A DNA stretch of 64,000 nt from Chitinophagaceae bacterium (GCA_031402615.1 JANNSN010000015.1:20738-84737), one strand, 5' to 3'; shown: positions 19,810-29,622, numbered from the stretch's first letter. Numbers and translations: made by a program. The notes: generated by a model from the letters alone, not told the origin.

Positions 19810-20121
19810 ATGGGAAATTTTAAAGAATTACTGGCCTACAAAAAAGGATATCAACTGGCTACGGAAATTTTTCACCTTTCCAAAATATTTCTGTCAGAAG
19901 AAAAGTATTCTTTAACTGACCAAATAAGAAGGTCATCAAGGTCTGTATGTACAAACCTGGCAGAGGGGCACAGTAGAAGACGTTACAAGGACTATTTTAT
20001 CAGCAAATTAAACGACTGCGAATCCGAAAACGCCGAAACACAGGTATGGCTTGATTTCTCTCATGATTGCAAATATATAACAACGGAAAACCACAATGAT
20101 CTTTGTGCAAAAAATGAATAA
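19810..20121 (+). CDS. Four-helix-bundle protein (23S rRNA intervening-sequence protein / Avd family), truncated by an in-frame TAA
   Basis: 103 aa with family motifs (YSLTDQIRRSSRSVCTNLAEG, ETQVWLDF). The 16 codons after the TAA (VGKLIWYMINNPDKFR, to TAG 20170-20172) match the family's usual C-terminus. Confidence 0.8.
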   Translation: MGNFKELLAYKKGYQLATEIFHLSKIFLSEEKYSLTDQIRRSSRSVCTNLAEGHSRRRYKDYFISKLNDCESENAETQVWLDFSHDCKYITTENHNDLCAKNE

Positions 20122-20184
20122 GTTGGAAAATTAATTTGGTACATGATCAACAATCCCGACAAATTCAGATAGACTCATTTGGCA

Positions 20185-20233
20185 CTCAGGACTCCGGGCA
20201 CCCGACTCAAGGCTCCTGACTCAGAACTACGCC
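20185..20233. repeat. Heptanucleotide tandem array (CTCNNNN) x7, inverse complement of the 19687 array
   Basis: Heptads are CTCAGGA, CTCCGGG, CACCCGA, CTCAAGG, CTCCTGA, CTCAGAA, CTACGCC. The last one overlaps the stop codon of the convergent DUF3467 gene. Confidence 0.85.
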
Positions 20234-20541
20234 TGCGCCGTTGGCCCGCCGAAATTAAATGGTATTTCCACAGCTTCCATATCCTGTATGGTTCCGTTTG
20301 CCGTTTCAAACTTTTTTACGTTATCAACCATGGCTTTCATAAAACGTTTTGCATGAAAAGGCGTTAATATGATGCGGCTTTTAACCTTACTCTTGGGCGT
20401 GCCGGGCATTACATTCACAAAATCAATGACAAACTCTGCGTGGCTATGGGTTATAATGGCCAGGTTGGCATATTCACCTTCAGATACTTCTTCCGAAATC
20501 TCTATATTGATCTGGTTTGGCTGTTCGGGTAATTTATTCAT
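20227..20541 (-). CDS. DUF3467 domain protein
   Basis: Internal Met (MNKLPEQPNQINIEISEEVSEGEYANLAIITHS.AEFVIDF) gives 104 aa, the typical DUF3467 length and pattern. The upstream extension overlaps the neighbouring gene. Confidence 0.8.
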   Translation of the reverse strand: MNKLPEQPNQINIEISEEVSEGEYANLAIITHSHAEFVIDFVNVMPGTPKSKVKSRIILTPFHAKRFMKAMVDNVKKFETANGTIQDMEAVEIPFNFGGPTAQA

Positions 20542-20620
20542 CGTTGTTTTTTTTACAAATATAAAAACAAAGAGCCCCAAACCGGGACTCTTTGTATATA
20601 TTAAAGATTTATTCGAAAAA

Positions 20621-21592
20621 TTATCTTGGACCAGTGTAAGTAAGTGTTTGAGTCCACTCTCTTGACGCAGCGGGATCAAAAACACCACCGGGACTATTAT
20701 ACCCAAATCTTACATAAAATACCTTAGGACCGGGTTCGTAACGCGAATTAAAACCGGCTCCCATCGTATAAAAAGTTACTGCTCCAGCTGCAACATTTTG
20801 TACGGTAACAGCACCAGTTGCCGGATTAACAGTGTATGCCGGCTCCTGCGCGCCAAAGTAGGATAAATTGCCGCCTAATACAGCGGGATTGCCAAAAGCT
20901 CCAGCTAAAGGCCAAAACATTTTGCAGGTACTTGCTCCTGTGGTAACCATGTGAATTACAGTAGTGCTGCAAGTGTATCCCGGGTTAGAGCTTGGATGGT
21001 AATTACAAAAATCATCTTTGTATACGCCATCATAGATATTCTTGGCACCTATTTGAACAACTACAGATTTTTCAGTGCTTAGTTTAGCTCCTGCGTCTGC
21101 CGTACTAATTGTGAAACCCAAACCATATAATGCACTTGGATTCAATAAAGTTGCATTGGGAATGGTAACATAAATTTCTTTCGCATACTCACCCGGCGCA
21201 AATGTAAGGGTAAATGTACCTCCCTGTCCACCGCTTTTAACACCACCAGCAACTGCAACAGTGTACCAGGCTGTTGATAACTGAATATAAGCAGGATTAG
21301 CAGCTCTAACTGCTGAGGTATCATCCTTAATAGTAACCACCATCGTTTTAGATAATTCTGTTTCATTTGGAATATCCCTGCGTATAGAGGCAACCAGTAA
21401 AACAGTTGGTGTTGCCACAAAATCAATGGCAAATTTGGTAACGGATGCCGGTGTGCCGCCACCAATTATTTTAACCAGTGTTTGTCCGGCATCTCCCAAT
21501 GGCTTTGGTACTTCTACCTTTTTACAGGCAGCTATTATAAAAGCAGTAACTGCAACTACAGCAAGAAGCTTTTTTATGTTAATGTATTTCAT
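20621..21592 (-). CDS. Surface lipoprotein encoded downstream of SusD (DUF1735-like N-terminus possible)
   Basis: 323 aa. Lipobox (IIAAC). Beta-rich. Its position immediately after SusC/SusD is typical of PUL-associated surface glycan-binding proteins. Confidence 0.6.
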   Translation of the reverse strand: MKYINIKKLLAVVAVTAFIIAACKKVEVPKPLGDAGQTLVKIIGGGTPASVTKFAIDFVATPTVLLVASIRRDIPNETELSKTMVVTIKDDTSAVRAANPAYIQLSTAWYTVAVAGGVKSGGQGGTFTLTFAPGEYAKEIYVTIPNATLLNPSALYGLGFTISTADAGAKLSTEKSVVVQIGAKNIYDGVYKDDFCNYHPSSNPGYTCSTTVIHMVTTGASTCKMFWPLAGAFGNPAVLGGNLSYFGAQEPAYTVNPATGAVTVQNVAAGAVTFYTMGAGFNSRYEPGPKVFYVRFGYNSPGGVFDPAASREWTQTLTYTGPR

Positions 21593-21674
21593 ATAATGTA
21601 ATTTTTATGTTTATTTACCAATAATGTATTAGAAGAACCATCATAATAAAATGATGGTTCTTTAAAAATATATA

Positions 21675-23252
21675 TTAAGGCTTATCCCACCAAACTCTTC
21701 CATCTTGCGTATCTCCTCCTGACAGGCGACCGATTGCAACATTTAACTGAGCAGGATTAAGACTATACTCATCTGTACCGTAAACAAACCTGCGGGGTAT
21801 TTGCTTACTTGAGTTTGAAGCAAAAGTAGTAGGTGAAAGTTTAGGAATACCGGTTCTTCTCCAGTTAGCATATCCCTCATTACCACCCGGATAAGAAGCT
21901 ATCCAGTATTGCAGGGCAATACGCTCCAGTTCTGTGGCTGTGCCCGCATTTTGCGTAGCAGGAATAGAACCATAAGAGTTTGCACCTACGTTACCAGGTA
22001 CCCCAACACCCGTGTTATAATTTGCAGGACCAGCAAGGTAAGTTCCCGGAACCGTTAAACCCCATTGTCCAAAACCCATGGTAATTCCAGCTTCATATAA
22101 TTGTTTTGCTGTTGGTAATGTGGCAACACCAGCCGTCCAGCCTCTTTGCACACCTTCAGCAGCTGCAAGTAATACGTGCGCAGCACTGATCAAAACACCC
22201 GGAGAATTTTGAGCACGCTGTGCAGGTACTAATACTTTTGAATAATTACCGTTTGAAACAACCTGGTCAAAATTAACTGCAGCCGGTCTTTCTAAACCAT
22301 ATGGGAAAGTAAACGCTGCATTTGTACCAAAAACAGACTGACGTGAATCTCCCAATCCGGATAATACATCACCAAATGTTTTGCATTGAGCATAATCAGC
22401 ACGTCCATCGTAAATATCGTACCAGGAATTTCTATAAGCAGCGCCGCCCGGGTAATTCAAAGTAAAATTATCAGCATTGCTGGTAAAATACCCGGCAGGA
22501 TCTGTTATCGCAGCTTTGAATTCCAAAGCAGGATAACTGGATGCACCAGGATAAACTTTAGTTAAACGAACAGCAGCCATCATGCGGATTGAATTGGCCA
22601 GTTTTTTCCATCTGGCTTGTTGTGCAACTAAGCCACCACCACCGTAAACAATGTCACCTCTTACTTCCGGACCACTTAAATCAAAACCGGCAATGGCATC
22701 TCTACAATCCTTGAATATTGCTTTGTAAATATCTTCCTGCATATCATATTTAGGAGACTTGTTAGCTGCTCCCAGTAATGCTTCTGAATAAGGCATATCA
22801 CCCCATTTATCAGTTAGCGACCAAATGATATACGATTTCAGAATTTTTGCAATCGCAATCTGGTTTGCATTTGAGCCATAAGCAGCAACCGTACCAGCCG
22901 TTTTGGAATCCGAATTCAGGTTAATGATAACCTGGGCGTCCATCATGGCCCCGGAATAAAACCCGCCAGATGACAACTGTGGAAGTGAATATAACGAGGC
23001 GTCAGTATATTGCGTTTCCGCAATAGTTTGTGCATAAATACCAACCCTGGTACCACCACTGCCTGTTCCAAAAGCTATTCCGCCCAAACCTGATTCTATA
23101 TTAGTAAGGAAGGCGGCCGTGATTGGAGTAGCAGAACCATTTGGGTTTACATTGGTATCTCCAAAATCGCCAATCTTCGCACACCCCGCACCAGCCGTCA
23201 TCAAGGTGACTGCTGACGCAATGGTGAACAATTTTAATGATATATTTTTCAT
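21675..23252 (-). CDS. SusD/RagB-family nutrient-binding outer-membrane lipoprotein
   Basis: 525 aa. Lipobox (GAGC). Sits directly downstream of SusC. The tail (RRTGIPKL..., RFVYG, RVWWDKP) is typical of SusD-like proteins. Confidence 0.85.
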   Translation of the reverse strand: MKNISLKLFTIASAVTLMTAGAGCAKIGDFGDTNVNPNGSATPITAAFLTNIESGLGGIAFGTGSGGTRVGIYAQTIAETQYTDASLYSLPQLSSGGFYSGAMMDAQVIINLNSDSKTAGTVAAYGSNANQIAIAKILKSYIIWSLTDKWGDMPYSEALLGAANKSPKYDMQEDIYKAIFKDCRDAIAGFDLSGPEVRGDIVYGGGGLVAQQARWKKLANSIRMMAAVRLTKVYPGASSYPALEFKAAITDPAGYFTSNADNFTLNYPGGAAYRNSWYDIYDGRADYAQCKTFGDVLSGLGDSRQSVFGTNAAFTFPYGLERPAAVNFDQVVSNGNYSKVLVPAQRAQNSPGVLISAAHVLLAAAEGVQRGWTAGVATLPTAKQLYEAGITMGFGQWGLTVPGTYLAGPANYNTGVGVPGNVGANSYGSIPATQNAGTATELERIALQYWIASYPGGNEGYANWRRTGIPKLSPTTFASNSSKQIPRRFVYGTDEYSLNPAQLNVAIGRLSGGDTQDGRVWWDKP

Positions 23253-23277
23253 AATGTTTATTTTTTTGTTTTATTAA

Positions 23278-26200
23278 TTACAGTCCCAATTTAAGGTTAA
23301 AACCCATAGATCTTGTACCTGGGTACTGACCATCTTCTCCAAATGCCTGGCTGATCTGAGAAGGATCAAAATCCTTGGTTTTAGAATAGATTAACCATGA
23401 ATTAGCAGAAACGATCGAGAACACCGCAGTTTTAAAGTATTTGCCGATTCCCAACTTTTCAACCGGTATTCTATAACCCAGGCTGAACTCTCTTAATTTC
23501 ACAAAACTAAGATCATATACACTGTTCTCCGAAATATTAGCATTTCTAAACTGGTGATAATAGGTTTGCGCATCCACATAATAATCAACTGACTTACCTG
23601 TGTTATCTACACCAAATACATGAACACCACCGCCATCGGCAACCGGATCACGCAATGGAATACCACGATCGTTAAGACCGGCTGTGCGGGCTGTTAACCC
23701 TGAGAATGTACCCCAAAAATCAGATAAGGAGAAAAACTTACCACCCCAGGAATAATCAATATTAACATTGACGGTAAAATGTTTAAACAGGTTAAAGGTA
23801 TTTTGAACACCACCGGTGTAATCAGGCAATGAACTGCCAAAATTAACATCGGCTTCCCTGACAAACAATCCACCTGCAGTTAACTCGGGTTGACCGTTAA
23901 TACGCTTGATTCCACCACCGTGCAACTGGCCCCACTGCAATCCAACCTCACTTACTATATAGGCAGAAGAAGAAGTTGAGAAAGCACCACTTGAAGAAAC
24001 GATACGGGTAATGCCAGGCGCTATTTCAACAATCTCGTTTTTCAACAAACGACCCCAGGTTGCTGATATATCCCAATCGAAATTCTTTGATTTGACGGGT
24101 TTAACAAAAAACTGTACGTCAACACCGGTTTTCGCAATTTCTCCGGCATTTACGTTGATAGAGGTGTAACCAATTTGAGGAGCCTGAGCAACGTTTACAG
24201 GGAAATTCTTGTTTGTTCTATCCCAATAGGTAACACTAAATCCTACACGGTTTTTAGCAAAACGCATTTCGATACCAACTTCTTTTTCTGTATTGGTAGA
24301 ACCTTGTAAATTTGGATCAACCAATCCACCTGGTTCACTTTCCAGGAAATTACCATTCCATTGGTTGGCAGCAGGAGCATAATAAGTACCCAACTGATAA
24401 ATTCCAAGATCCTGAATTGTTTTACCAATGGAACCCCTGATTTTACCATAAGAAATAAATGGAATTGCCTTACGGGTAAGATCACTGAATACAAAAGAAA
24501 GACCAGCTGAGTAAGTATTTACAAAAGTACCTGCAGGCAATGCCGAGGTATAATCACGACGGAAAGATCCCTCTGCAAAAAGATAATTGCGGAAACCAAC
24601 ATCACCACGCACAAATAATGCTCTCCTGGCGTACTGTTGTCTTGTGTTACTATAGTTAATAGCATCCTTGGAATTTGCCAGTGAATACAAACCAGCCACA
24701 TTTAGCCCATTAACGGTATTTGCATTAATATCCCTGAATCTTATTTTATAGATATCAAAACCCGTATTTACATTAACAGCAAAACTTCCTACTTTCTTAT
24801 TGTAAGTAACCAGGCCTTCGTAGTTTTGACGATCACTAAAGGAATTACCAGTACTGTAAGATCCTCTTGTACCAGTCTGCGTAGCACTGAATTCCAGTTC
24901 AGAATTTTGAATATTCTCACGGTTGGTTGTTAATTGCTGCTTACGGTATGTAGCTTTTACCTTAATATCATTGGTCAACTTATAAGTCAATGAAACATCA
25001 CCATATAACCTGTCTCTTCTGTCAAGATTACTTTGATTATCAAAATAAGTATATTGGTTATACCAGTAATTACCACCATAAAACTTAAGCGGATCAGCCG
25101 CACTATAGGCACCCGGGTTCAGGTGATTCCAGCTTGCCAGGATCCCTTCTGCTGTTTTTAACGTTCTTAACTCTTTAATAATTCCCATATCCAGATGACG
25201 ATGGAACCACTGGTTAAACCCACCGGAAGACTGGTTGGCATATCCATCCGTGTTATCAGCATTTCTGTTTTGGGCTATATAAGTAATATTAGCTCCTGCT
25301 GTTAAACGGCTGGTTAAATCAATACTGGTAGTCAGGTTTAAAGTATGCCTCTTCAGGTACTCATTTACAATAATACCAGATTGATCAAGATTGGTGTAAG
25401 ATATCCTTACATTATAATTATCACCACCTTTGGTTAAACTAACATTATTCGTTTTAGTAATTGCAGTTTCGTAGAAATCACGCGTGTTATTAGGTTGAGG
25501 CGTAAGCTTTGCTGTTTTAAATGAACGCTCATGACCCGCATACCATGCATACCATGGAATGTACTCCTGTCCTGCAATACGTGGACCCCAGCTGGCATCA
25601 TCCGAATAATCATGATAATATTTACCATCTAAAGCCTTCCAGGCTTCCGGCTGACCCGGCGACCATCTATATAAAGCGAAATCTTTATCTGCACCGCCTG
25701 CATAACTGTTTTGGTAATTTGGAGTGATATAAATATTATCATACATAATACCTGAATTGATCTCTATTCCAAGCTTATTTGATCCTCGCTTCGCTTTTTT
25801 TGTATTAATTACAATTGCACCGTTAGATCCATCGGGACCAAACAACGCAGCCGCTGAAGGACCCTGAAGAACGGTTACGTCTTCAACATCATCGGGGTTA
25901 ATATCGTTAGAACTTGGAATGATGGTTCCGTCTACAACGTAAATAGGACCGCCACTTACACCAAATCCATTCTCACCACGAAGACGAACAACGGTTTCAG
26001 CTCCCAGTTTACCTGAGGCCTGGCTACGAACCTGTGCACCTGCCACTTTTCCGGCAAGGGCGTTATTGATATTATTCTGACGTACAGTGTTCAATTGTTC
26101 TGAACCAACATTCTGTACGTTGGATGCAGTGGTACGGGCTGCCCGTTGTGTACCAAAAGCACTTGTCACTACAACTTCTTTTAACTCGCCTGAAACTCCC

Positions 26201-26484
26201 TGCTCCAGGATGGTGCTTAAAACATTCTGAGTACCTACAGGTACTTCAGTCTCTTTAAAGCTTGTGCCGGAAATCAGTAAAACATCTCCCGGACTAATTC
26301 TGATCGAATAAGCCCCGTTTGCATCGGCAGAAACACCGGTTTTAGAGTTTTTGACTTTTACAGAGGCAAAAGAAACGGGGTTGCCATCCGCATCGGTAAC
26401 TTTACCGGTCACCACCCGGCTTTGGGAAAATGCCAACACCCCACAGAGCATCAACATTGTAAACAGTGATAGAAATCTTCTCAT
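23278..26484 (-). CDS. SusC/RagA-family TonB-linked outer-membrane transporter
   Basis: 1068 aa. Signal peptide, a CarboxypepD_reg domain (VTGKVTDADGNPVSFASVKVKNS), a plug (LAGKVAGAQV, IYVVDG) and a large beta-barrel. Confidence 0.93.
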   Translation of the reverse strand: MRRFLSLFTMLMLCGVLAFSQSRVVTGKVTDADGNPVSFASVKVKNSKTGVSADANGAYSIRISPGDVLLISGTSFKETEVPVGTQNVLSTILEQGVSGELKEVVVTSAFGTQRAARTTASNVQNVGSEQLNTVRQNNINNALAGKVAGAQVRSQASGKLGAETVVRLRGENGFGVSGGPIYVVDGTIIPSSNDINPDDVEDVTVLQGPSAAALFGPDGSNGAIVINTKKAKRGSNKLGIEINSGIMYDNIYITPNYQNSYAGGADKDFALYRWSPGQPEAWKALDGKYYHDYSDDASWGPRIAGQEYIPWYAWYAGHERSFKTAKLTPQPNNTRDFYETAITKTNNVSLTKGGDNYNVRISYTNLDQSGIIVNEYLKRHTLNLTTSIDLTSRLTAGANITYIAQNRNADNTDGYANQSSGGFNQWFHRHLDMGIIKELRTLKTAEGILASWNHLNPGAYSAADPLKFYGGNYWYNQYTYFDNQSNLDRRDRLYGDVSLTYKLTNDIKVKATYRKQQLTTNRENIQNSELEFSATQTGTRGSYSTGNSFSDRQNYEGLVTYNKKVGSFAVNVNTGFDIYKIRFRDINANTVNGLNVAGLYSLANSKDAINYSNTRQQYARRALFVRGDVGFRNYLFAEGSFRRDYTSALPAGTFVNTYSAGLSFVFSDLTRKAIPFISYGKIRGSIGKTIQDLGIYQLGTYYAPAANQWNGNFLESEPGGLVDPNLQGSTNTEKEVGIEMRFAKNRVGFSVTYWDRTNKNFPVNVAQAPQIGYTSINVNAGEIAKTGVDVQFFVKPVKSKNFDWDISATWGRLLKNEIVEIAPGITRIVSSSGAFSTSSSAYIVSEVGLQWGQLHGGGIKRINGQPELTAGGLFVREADVNFGSSLPDYTGGVQNTFNLFKHFTVNVNIDYSWGGKFFSLSDFWGTFSGLTARTAGLNDRGIPLRDPVADGGGVHVFGVDNTGKSVDYYVDAQTYYHQFRNANISENSVYDLSFVKLREFSLGYRIPVEKLGIGKYFKTAVFSIVSANSWLIYSKTKDFDPSQISQAFGEDGQYPGTRSMGFNLKLGL

Positions 26485-26629
26485 GTGCGTTTAAATTAAG
26501 TTTAATGATGTGTAAAAATAAGGATAATTTGTTAACGTCAAAATATTGTTAAATTAATTTTCCCATATTCAATATCCTGTATAAGGACAACAGTTGATTT
26601 TAATTAGCTGCTTTGCCTGCAGAAATTTG

Positions 26630-28693
26630 TTAAAATTTGTACATAACCAGCAGTTTGATCTCGCTTTTTTTGTTCCCATTAATTTCATCTAACCCGCTTC
26701 CAATAACAGTTCTGTCGGGATACATGGCCTGGGCCCATCTAACCCAAACCCGTAGTTTTTTGTTAATATCATAGTTTACATTTACATAATACCTAAAGCC
26801 TTTTTCGTAAAAAACCGGTATGGAAAAGCTATATAGCACGTCATTTTCATAGGCATACAGGCGGCTATTATAGTCGTTTGTTTCAAAATATTGCAACCTC
26901 AGGCTACCGGCAAATGGTTTTAACATGGGCTTATATATAAAATCGAAAAAGGTTAGGAAGCCCTGAGATTCAGACAAACCATTTTTATCAAACCAAACCA
27001 TTTCGGTTCTGTTTCGGAGCGTTATGGTTTTATTCAGATTAAAACTAACCTGGGTACGCCAGTTCTTTTTGGGTTGCTGAACAACCGGTGACAGGGTAAG
27101 CTGACCGGGATTTACGTTTATGGCTTTGGATTCGGCTTTATAGCGGGTATACAGTTCCAGTTGCTTGTTGGGTTTGTAAGTAAACTGGATCAAATAATCG
27201 GTCCCGGTCGAGGGGGCATCTACCCTGTATCGTAACCAGGGAAATTTATAAAAATCTGCATAGGCATCAATGCGCCAAACATGGTTAAGCCTGATAGCGA
27301 TCCCCGTATACAATCCTTTCTCATTGGTTGGGTAAGTACTTTCGGTAAAAGATGTGGAATATAAAGATTGGTATGATCTTGAAATTTTGCGGTATAATAA
27401 ACTCAGGTCAACACGGGAAGAAGCACTAACAATCAGCCCATTGATAAAGGCTTTGTCGAATCCGGATGTAGATGCCGCTTCGCCAAAAAAATGCAGGTTC
27501 TTAAAAGTATAACTGTAGTCAAAACTGTAGTTGCCAAAACTACTTCCCGTTAATGCATATTTATTATAGGGTTCGGCAGCTTTAATCAAAGGCCATCTAA
27601 ATGTATAGTGAATACCATTAATGCCCAGGTGCAGTCTGTTCAATTGAAAAGACAGGTTACCCCCAAATGCCAGTTGCCGTTGAACGCCTTTATCGTCCGA
27701 TTCGCTTTTGGTTCGGTGATAACCCGACGTTTGCAAAGAGGACACAAAATCATCCTGGCTTTGTGCGGTATCCGTAACCAAATTGGCATCTATATTTTTG
27801 TACGAAACAAACAGGGTAAGCTCCCGGTTTTTGTTGGCCAGGGTTATACCGGCACCCCGGTGAAAATTAATTTCCCCGGCAGAATTATAGGGTCGTAAAA
27901 CATCTGCTTCTCTTTTGATATTAACCACGTCCACACTTTTTTTAAAAGCCAGGCTTTGCCATTGTGTTAAGCCCTGGCCCAGGTTTACCGTAAAATCGCC
28001 GAGAGCCAGTGATTTGAGGATACCGATCTTCCGGACAAAAACATGAGCCGAATAATAATCAAACCCCTGCCGTTGTTTTCCCTTAAAAAACTGTTCGCCG
28101 GCGTCTTTTTCTGCCACGATACCATACTGGAAAAGATTCTTATACACATATTTATAACGTACCAATAAATTCTGCGGAGATCCCGGGTAAACATTGGTAA
28201 CCACTGCCTGGTCCGGAAAATACCCTTCCGACCTTTCGATTACCTGCGATACCCGGAACAGGATACTGTGCTCACCGTTTTTTGTACGCATACCCATGGT
28301 TTCGGTAACGGATACCTGAGTACTAACGTTGATGTATGGTCTTATTTTTTGAATGGTGGCGATGTTCCATCCCGGCACTGCCTGCAACTCGTACAGGTCA
28401 ATGAGTTTACCAAACAGGTTCCGGTACAATATTAAATTTTGAATTTGTAATGGCGAAAGGATCCGCAGTTGATTTAATTCACCGGTCCCGGCGGTGTTCA
28501 GGTTTATCGAGTTCTTAAGATACTGTACCATTTGCTGGAGATAGGAATCGTCTTCCGTTTCCTGGTCTTCATTGTTTTCGGTGATGTTCTCCAGTTGTTG
28601 CTCGGTGGTGGGCGTAACGGGTTCCTCAGGTACCTGCGCAAAAACAGGTTTCCCCATCCATAAAACAAGCACAAAGGTGTACAGCATTCTCAT
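26630..28693 (-). CDS. Signal-peptide protein with an N-terminal ComEA-like helix-hairpin-helix domain and a large predicted beta-barrel
   Basis: 687 aa. HhH segment (INLNTAGTGELNQLRILSPLQIQNLILYRNLFGKLIDLYELQAVPGWNIATIQKI). The remaining ~550 aa has alternating aromatic/hydrophilic beta pattern and ends in ...VMYKF. Confidence 0.7.
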   Translation of the reverse strand: MRMLYTFVLVLWMGKPVFAQVPEEPVTPTTEQQLENITENNEDQETEDDSYLQQMVQYLKNSINLNTAGTGELNQLRILSPLQIQNLILYRNLFGKLIDLYELQAVPGWNIATIQKIRPYINVSTQVSVTETMGMRTKNGEHSILFRVSQVIERSEGYFPDQAVVTNVYPGSPQNLLVRYKYVYKNLFQYGIVAEKDAGEQFFKGKQRQGFDYYSAHVFVRKIGILKSLALGDFTVNLGQGLTQWQSLAFKKSVDVVNIKREADVLRPYNSAGEINFHRGAGITLANKNRELTLFVSYKNIDANLVTDTAQSQDDFVSSLQTSGYHRTKSESDDKGVQRQLAFGGNLSFQLNRLHLGINGIHYTFRWPLIKAAEPYNKYALTGSSFGNYSFDYSYTFKNLHFFGEAASTSGFDKAFINGLIVSASSRVDLSLLYRKISRSYQSLYSTSFTESTYPTNEKGLYTGIAIRLNHVWRIDAYADFYKFPWLRYRVDAPSTGTDYLIQFTYKPNKQLELYTRYKAESKAINVNPGQLTLSPVVQQPKKNWRTQVSFNLNKTITLRNRTEMVWFDKNGLSESQGFLTFFDFIYKPMLKPFAGSLRLQYFETNDYNSRLYAYENDVLYSFSIPVFYEKGFRYYVNVNYDINKKLRVWVRWAQAMYPDRTVIGSGLDEINGNKKSEIKLLVMYKF

Positions 28694-29532
28694 TCCGCCT
28701 TTGATTTAAAATTCATAATCAATAATATGCCCGGTGAAAAACCCAGCTGCGGATGGTAGCTGGAAGAAATATCGAGCCTGAGATTTTTCCAGCTCACCCC
28801 AGCGCCCGCGTAAACGCTGCCGGATTCGCTTATAAACCCCGCTTTGGCAAAAAACTGTTTGGCAAAGCGGTACTGCAAACCGGCAACCACATTAACAGCT
28901 TTATCTTCTTCCTTAACAATTTCACCGCTGATAAAAAGGTTTTCTGATGCATCATAGCCCATCCCAATTTTATAAGCAGATGCCAGTTTTTCCGCGTCAT
29001 CGCTTAGCGAATTGGTGGCCGCCAGTTTGCCGCCCACCGGATTATAGACGTGTATGCCGGCATGTAACTTATCTATTATATGCATCATGGCACCTATTTC
29101 AAAGTTTACGGTTGACGCATTTCCATAAACCGGAACCCGGTAACTGTAATAATTAAATTGTACACCTACGTCTACCAGTTTCCCCAACTTTCGGGCATAG
29201 GCCAACCCAATCGTATTTTCATTAAACTTGGAAAAGCCCGCATATTTCAGTTGTACGCCAAAATTCCCCAAACGGCTGGGTACTGCGGCTGCAAAAGTAT
29301 AGTTGCCGGTCTCCTTCAACATAAACCTTCTTTCTCCATAAACACCGATGCCCGGCTGCTGTGACCGGGCAAGTGCGGCCTGGTTGCCGGTAAACGACAT
29401 GGGATCGTTTTGGAGTTGACTATAGGCCGAAAGACTTATAAAAGGTTGTGCAAGGGTATAGCGCAGGGATTGTGCTGTTGCTGCATTTATCCAAAAAACA
29501 GGCAACAGCATTATTAATAATTTTGTTTTCAT
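28690..29532 (-). CDS. Putative outer-membrane beta-barrel protein
   Basis: 280 aa. Signal peptide (AATAQ) and beta-strand periodicity. Its stop overlaps the start of the downstream HhH gene in ATGA (28690-28693). Confidence 0.55.
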   Translation of the reverse strand: MKTKLLIMLLPVFWINAATAQSLRYTLAQPFISLSAYSQLQNDPMSFTGNQAALARSQQPGIGVYGERRFMLKETGNYTFAAAVPSRLGNFGVQLKYAGFSKFNENTIGLAYARKLGKLVDVGVQFNYYSYRVPVYGNASTVNFEIGAMMHIIDKLHAGIHVYNPVGGKLAATNSLSDDAEKLASAYKIGMGYDASENLFISGEIVKEEDKAVNVVAGLQYRFAKQFFAKAGFISESGSVYAGAGVSWKNLRLDISSSYHPQLGFSPGILLIMNFKSKAE

Positions 29533-29622
29533 ATTGGGTGGGTTGATAAAAAACTGTGTACAAAGTAATAAATATGTCGCGAATTACCCAGAACAAGAAC
29601 TTAAAATCAGCAGATAGTTGAT

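Noticed and set aside
19810-20172. Diversity-generating retroelement, because the four-helix-bundle protein belongs to the same family as the DGR accessory protein Avd
   Set aside because: No reverse transcriptase, template/variable repeat pair or target gene is present in the flanks. The neighbours are radC and a DUF3467 gene.
28690-29532. The 280-aa barrel protein as the missing PorP/SprF partner for the type-B T9SS cargo
   Set aside because: It lacks the N-terminal PorP/SprF signature (QQDP.FSQYMFN-like), is 16-25 kb from the cargo genes, and is translationally coupled to the HhH protein instead.
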